Positions 63,113 through 64,000 of a DNA stretch of 64,000 nt are shown piece by piece. The stretch comes from Mobula hypostoma (lineage: Eukaryota). The translations under genes and the position numbers were made by a program. The notes beneath the pieces are model-generated. The model had not been told where the DNA came from. It saw only the letters and a list, made by a program, of their open reading frames with translations, and searched no databases. How positions within the stretch are numbered: the first letter of the stretch is position 1; each line of letters begins with the position of its first letter. The stretch spans positions 17,980,001 through 18,044,000 of the forward strand of contig NC_086117.1 of NCBI RefSeq assembly GCF_963921235.1, written 5' to 3'.

Positions 63113-63124
63113 TTGTGCCCCAGT

Positions 63125-63752
63125 ATTTCAACACGACTAGAATATAAAAGCAAGGATGTAATACTGAAGGTTTATAAGGCATTGGTCAGACCACACTTGG
63201 AGTATTTTGAGCAGTTTTGGGTTCCTTATCTAAGAAGAGATGTGCTGACATTGAAGAGGGTCCAGCCGAGGTTCACGACAATGATCCCAGGAATGAAAGG
63301 GTTAACATATGAGGAGCGTTTAATTGCTCTGGGCCTGTACTTGCTAAAGTTTAGAAGAATGAGTGTGGATCTCATTGAAACCGACCAAATATTGAAAGGC
63401 CTAGATACAGTGGATATGGAGAGGATGTTTCCTACACTGTGGGAGTCGAGGAACAGAGGGTACATCCTCAAAATGGAGGCATGTCTATTTCTGAACAGAG
63501 ATGAGGAGGAATTTCTTTAGCCAGGGGAAGGTGAATCTGTGGAATTCCTTGTCACAAATGCTGTGGAAGCCAAGATATTGGGTATATTTAAAGTGGAGGT
63601 TGATAACTTCTTGATTAGTAAGGACATCAAAGATTACAGGGAGCAGGCAGGAGAGTGAGATTGAGAGGGGTATTAAAGCAGCCTTGACTGAATAGAAGAG
63701 GAGACTTAATCGGCTGAATGGCCTAATTCTGCTCCCATGTCTTATGGTCTCT
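63125..63752 (+). mobile_element. CR1-type LINE 3' fragment
   Basis: LEYKSKDVILKVYKALVRPHLEYFEQFW...GLTYEERL. Confidence 0.88.
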
Positions 63753-64000
63753 AATAATGGAACAACTTGTGACTTTGACTCAAAGACTAGTGAGCCTGTT
63801 TATCACATTGCGGTTATCATTCCAGTTTTAGGAGGGGTGTGGAGAGGATAAATGGAAGCAGGCTTTTCCCACCGAGGCTGGGTGAGATTAGAACTAAAGG
63901 TCATAGTGTAGGAGTGAAGCGTGAAATTTTTAAGGGGAACCTGAGGGGGAATTTCTTCATTCAGAGGGTGGGGGAAATATGGAACAGGCTGCCAGCAGAA

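Overview
Eukaryotic vertebrate DNA; the repeat complement (CR1 and Rex1/Babar LINEs, V-SINEs, Penelope-like elements, Tc1/hAT MITEs) suggests a cartilaginous fish, which is an inference. The + strand carries an internal segment of a hemicentin gene, most likely HMCN2. I read 19 GT-AG exons from 17370 to 61957 (3061 nt) that splice in frame into 10 complete and 2 partial I-set Ig domains. The rest is transposon-rich intron with one 186-N gap. The most interesting non-coding signal is roughly 20 copies of a Penelope-like pseudo-LTR carrying a minimal hammerhead ribozyme motif (AGTC-CTGANGA-a-GGGT..GCCC-GAAA-CG-TC|GACT). Many copies are short foldback insertions, and several have 13-16 bp target-site duplications (TSDs). 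The window also has two copies of a composite Tc1-type element built from two mini-hairpins around captured DNA, five solo-LTR-like insertions, a multi-layer nested insertion and a minisatellite that arose inside a V-SINE. Family names come from recalled consensus features; no database search was run.
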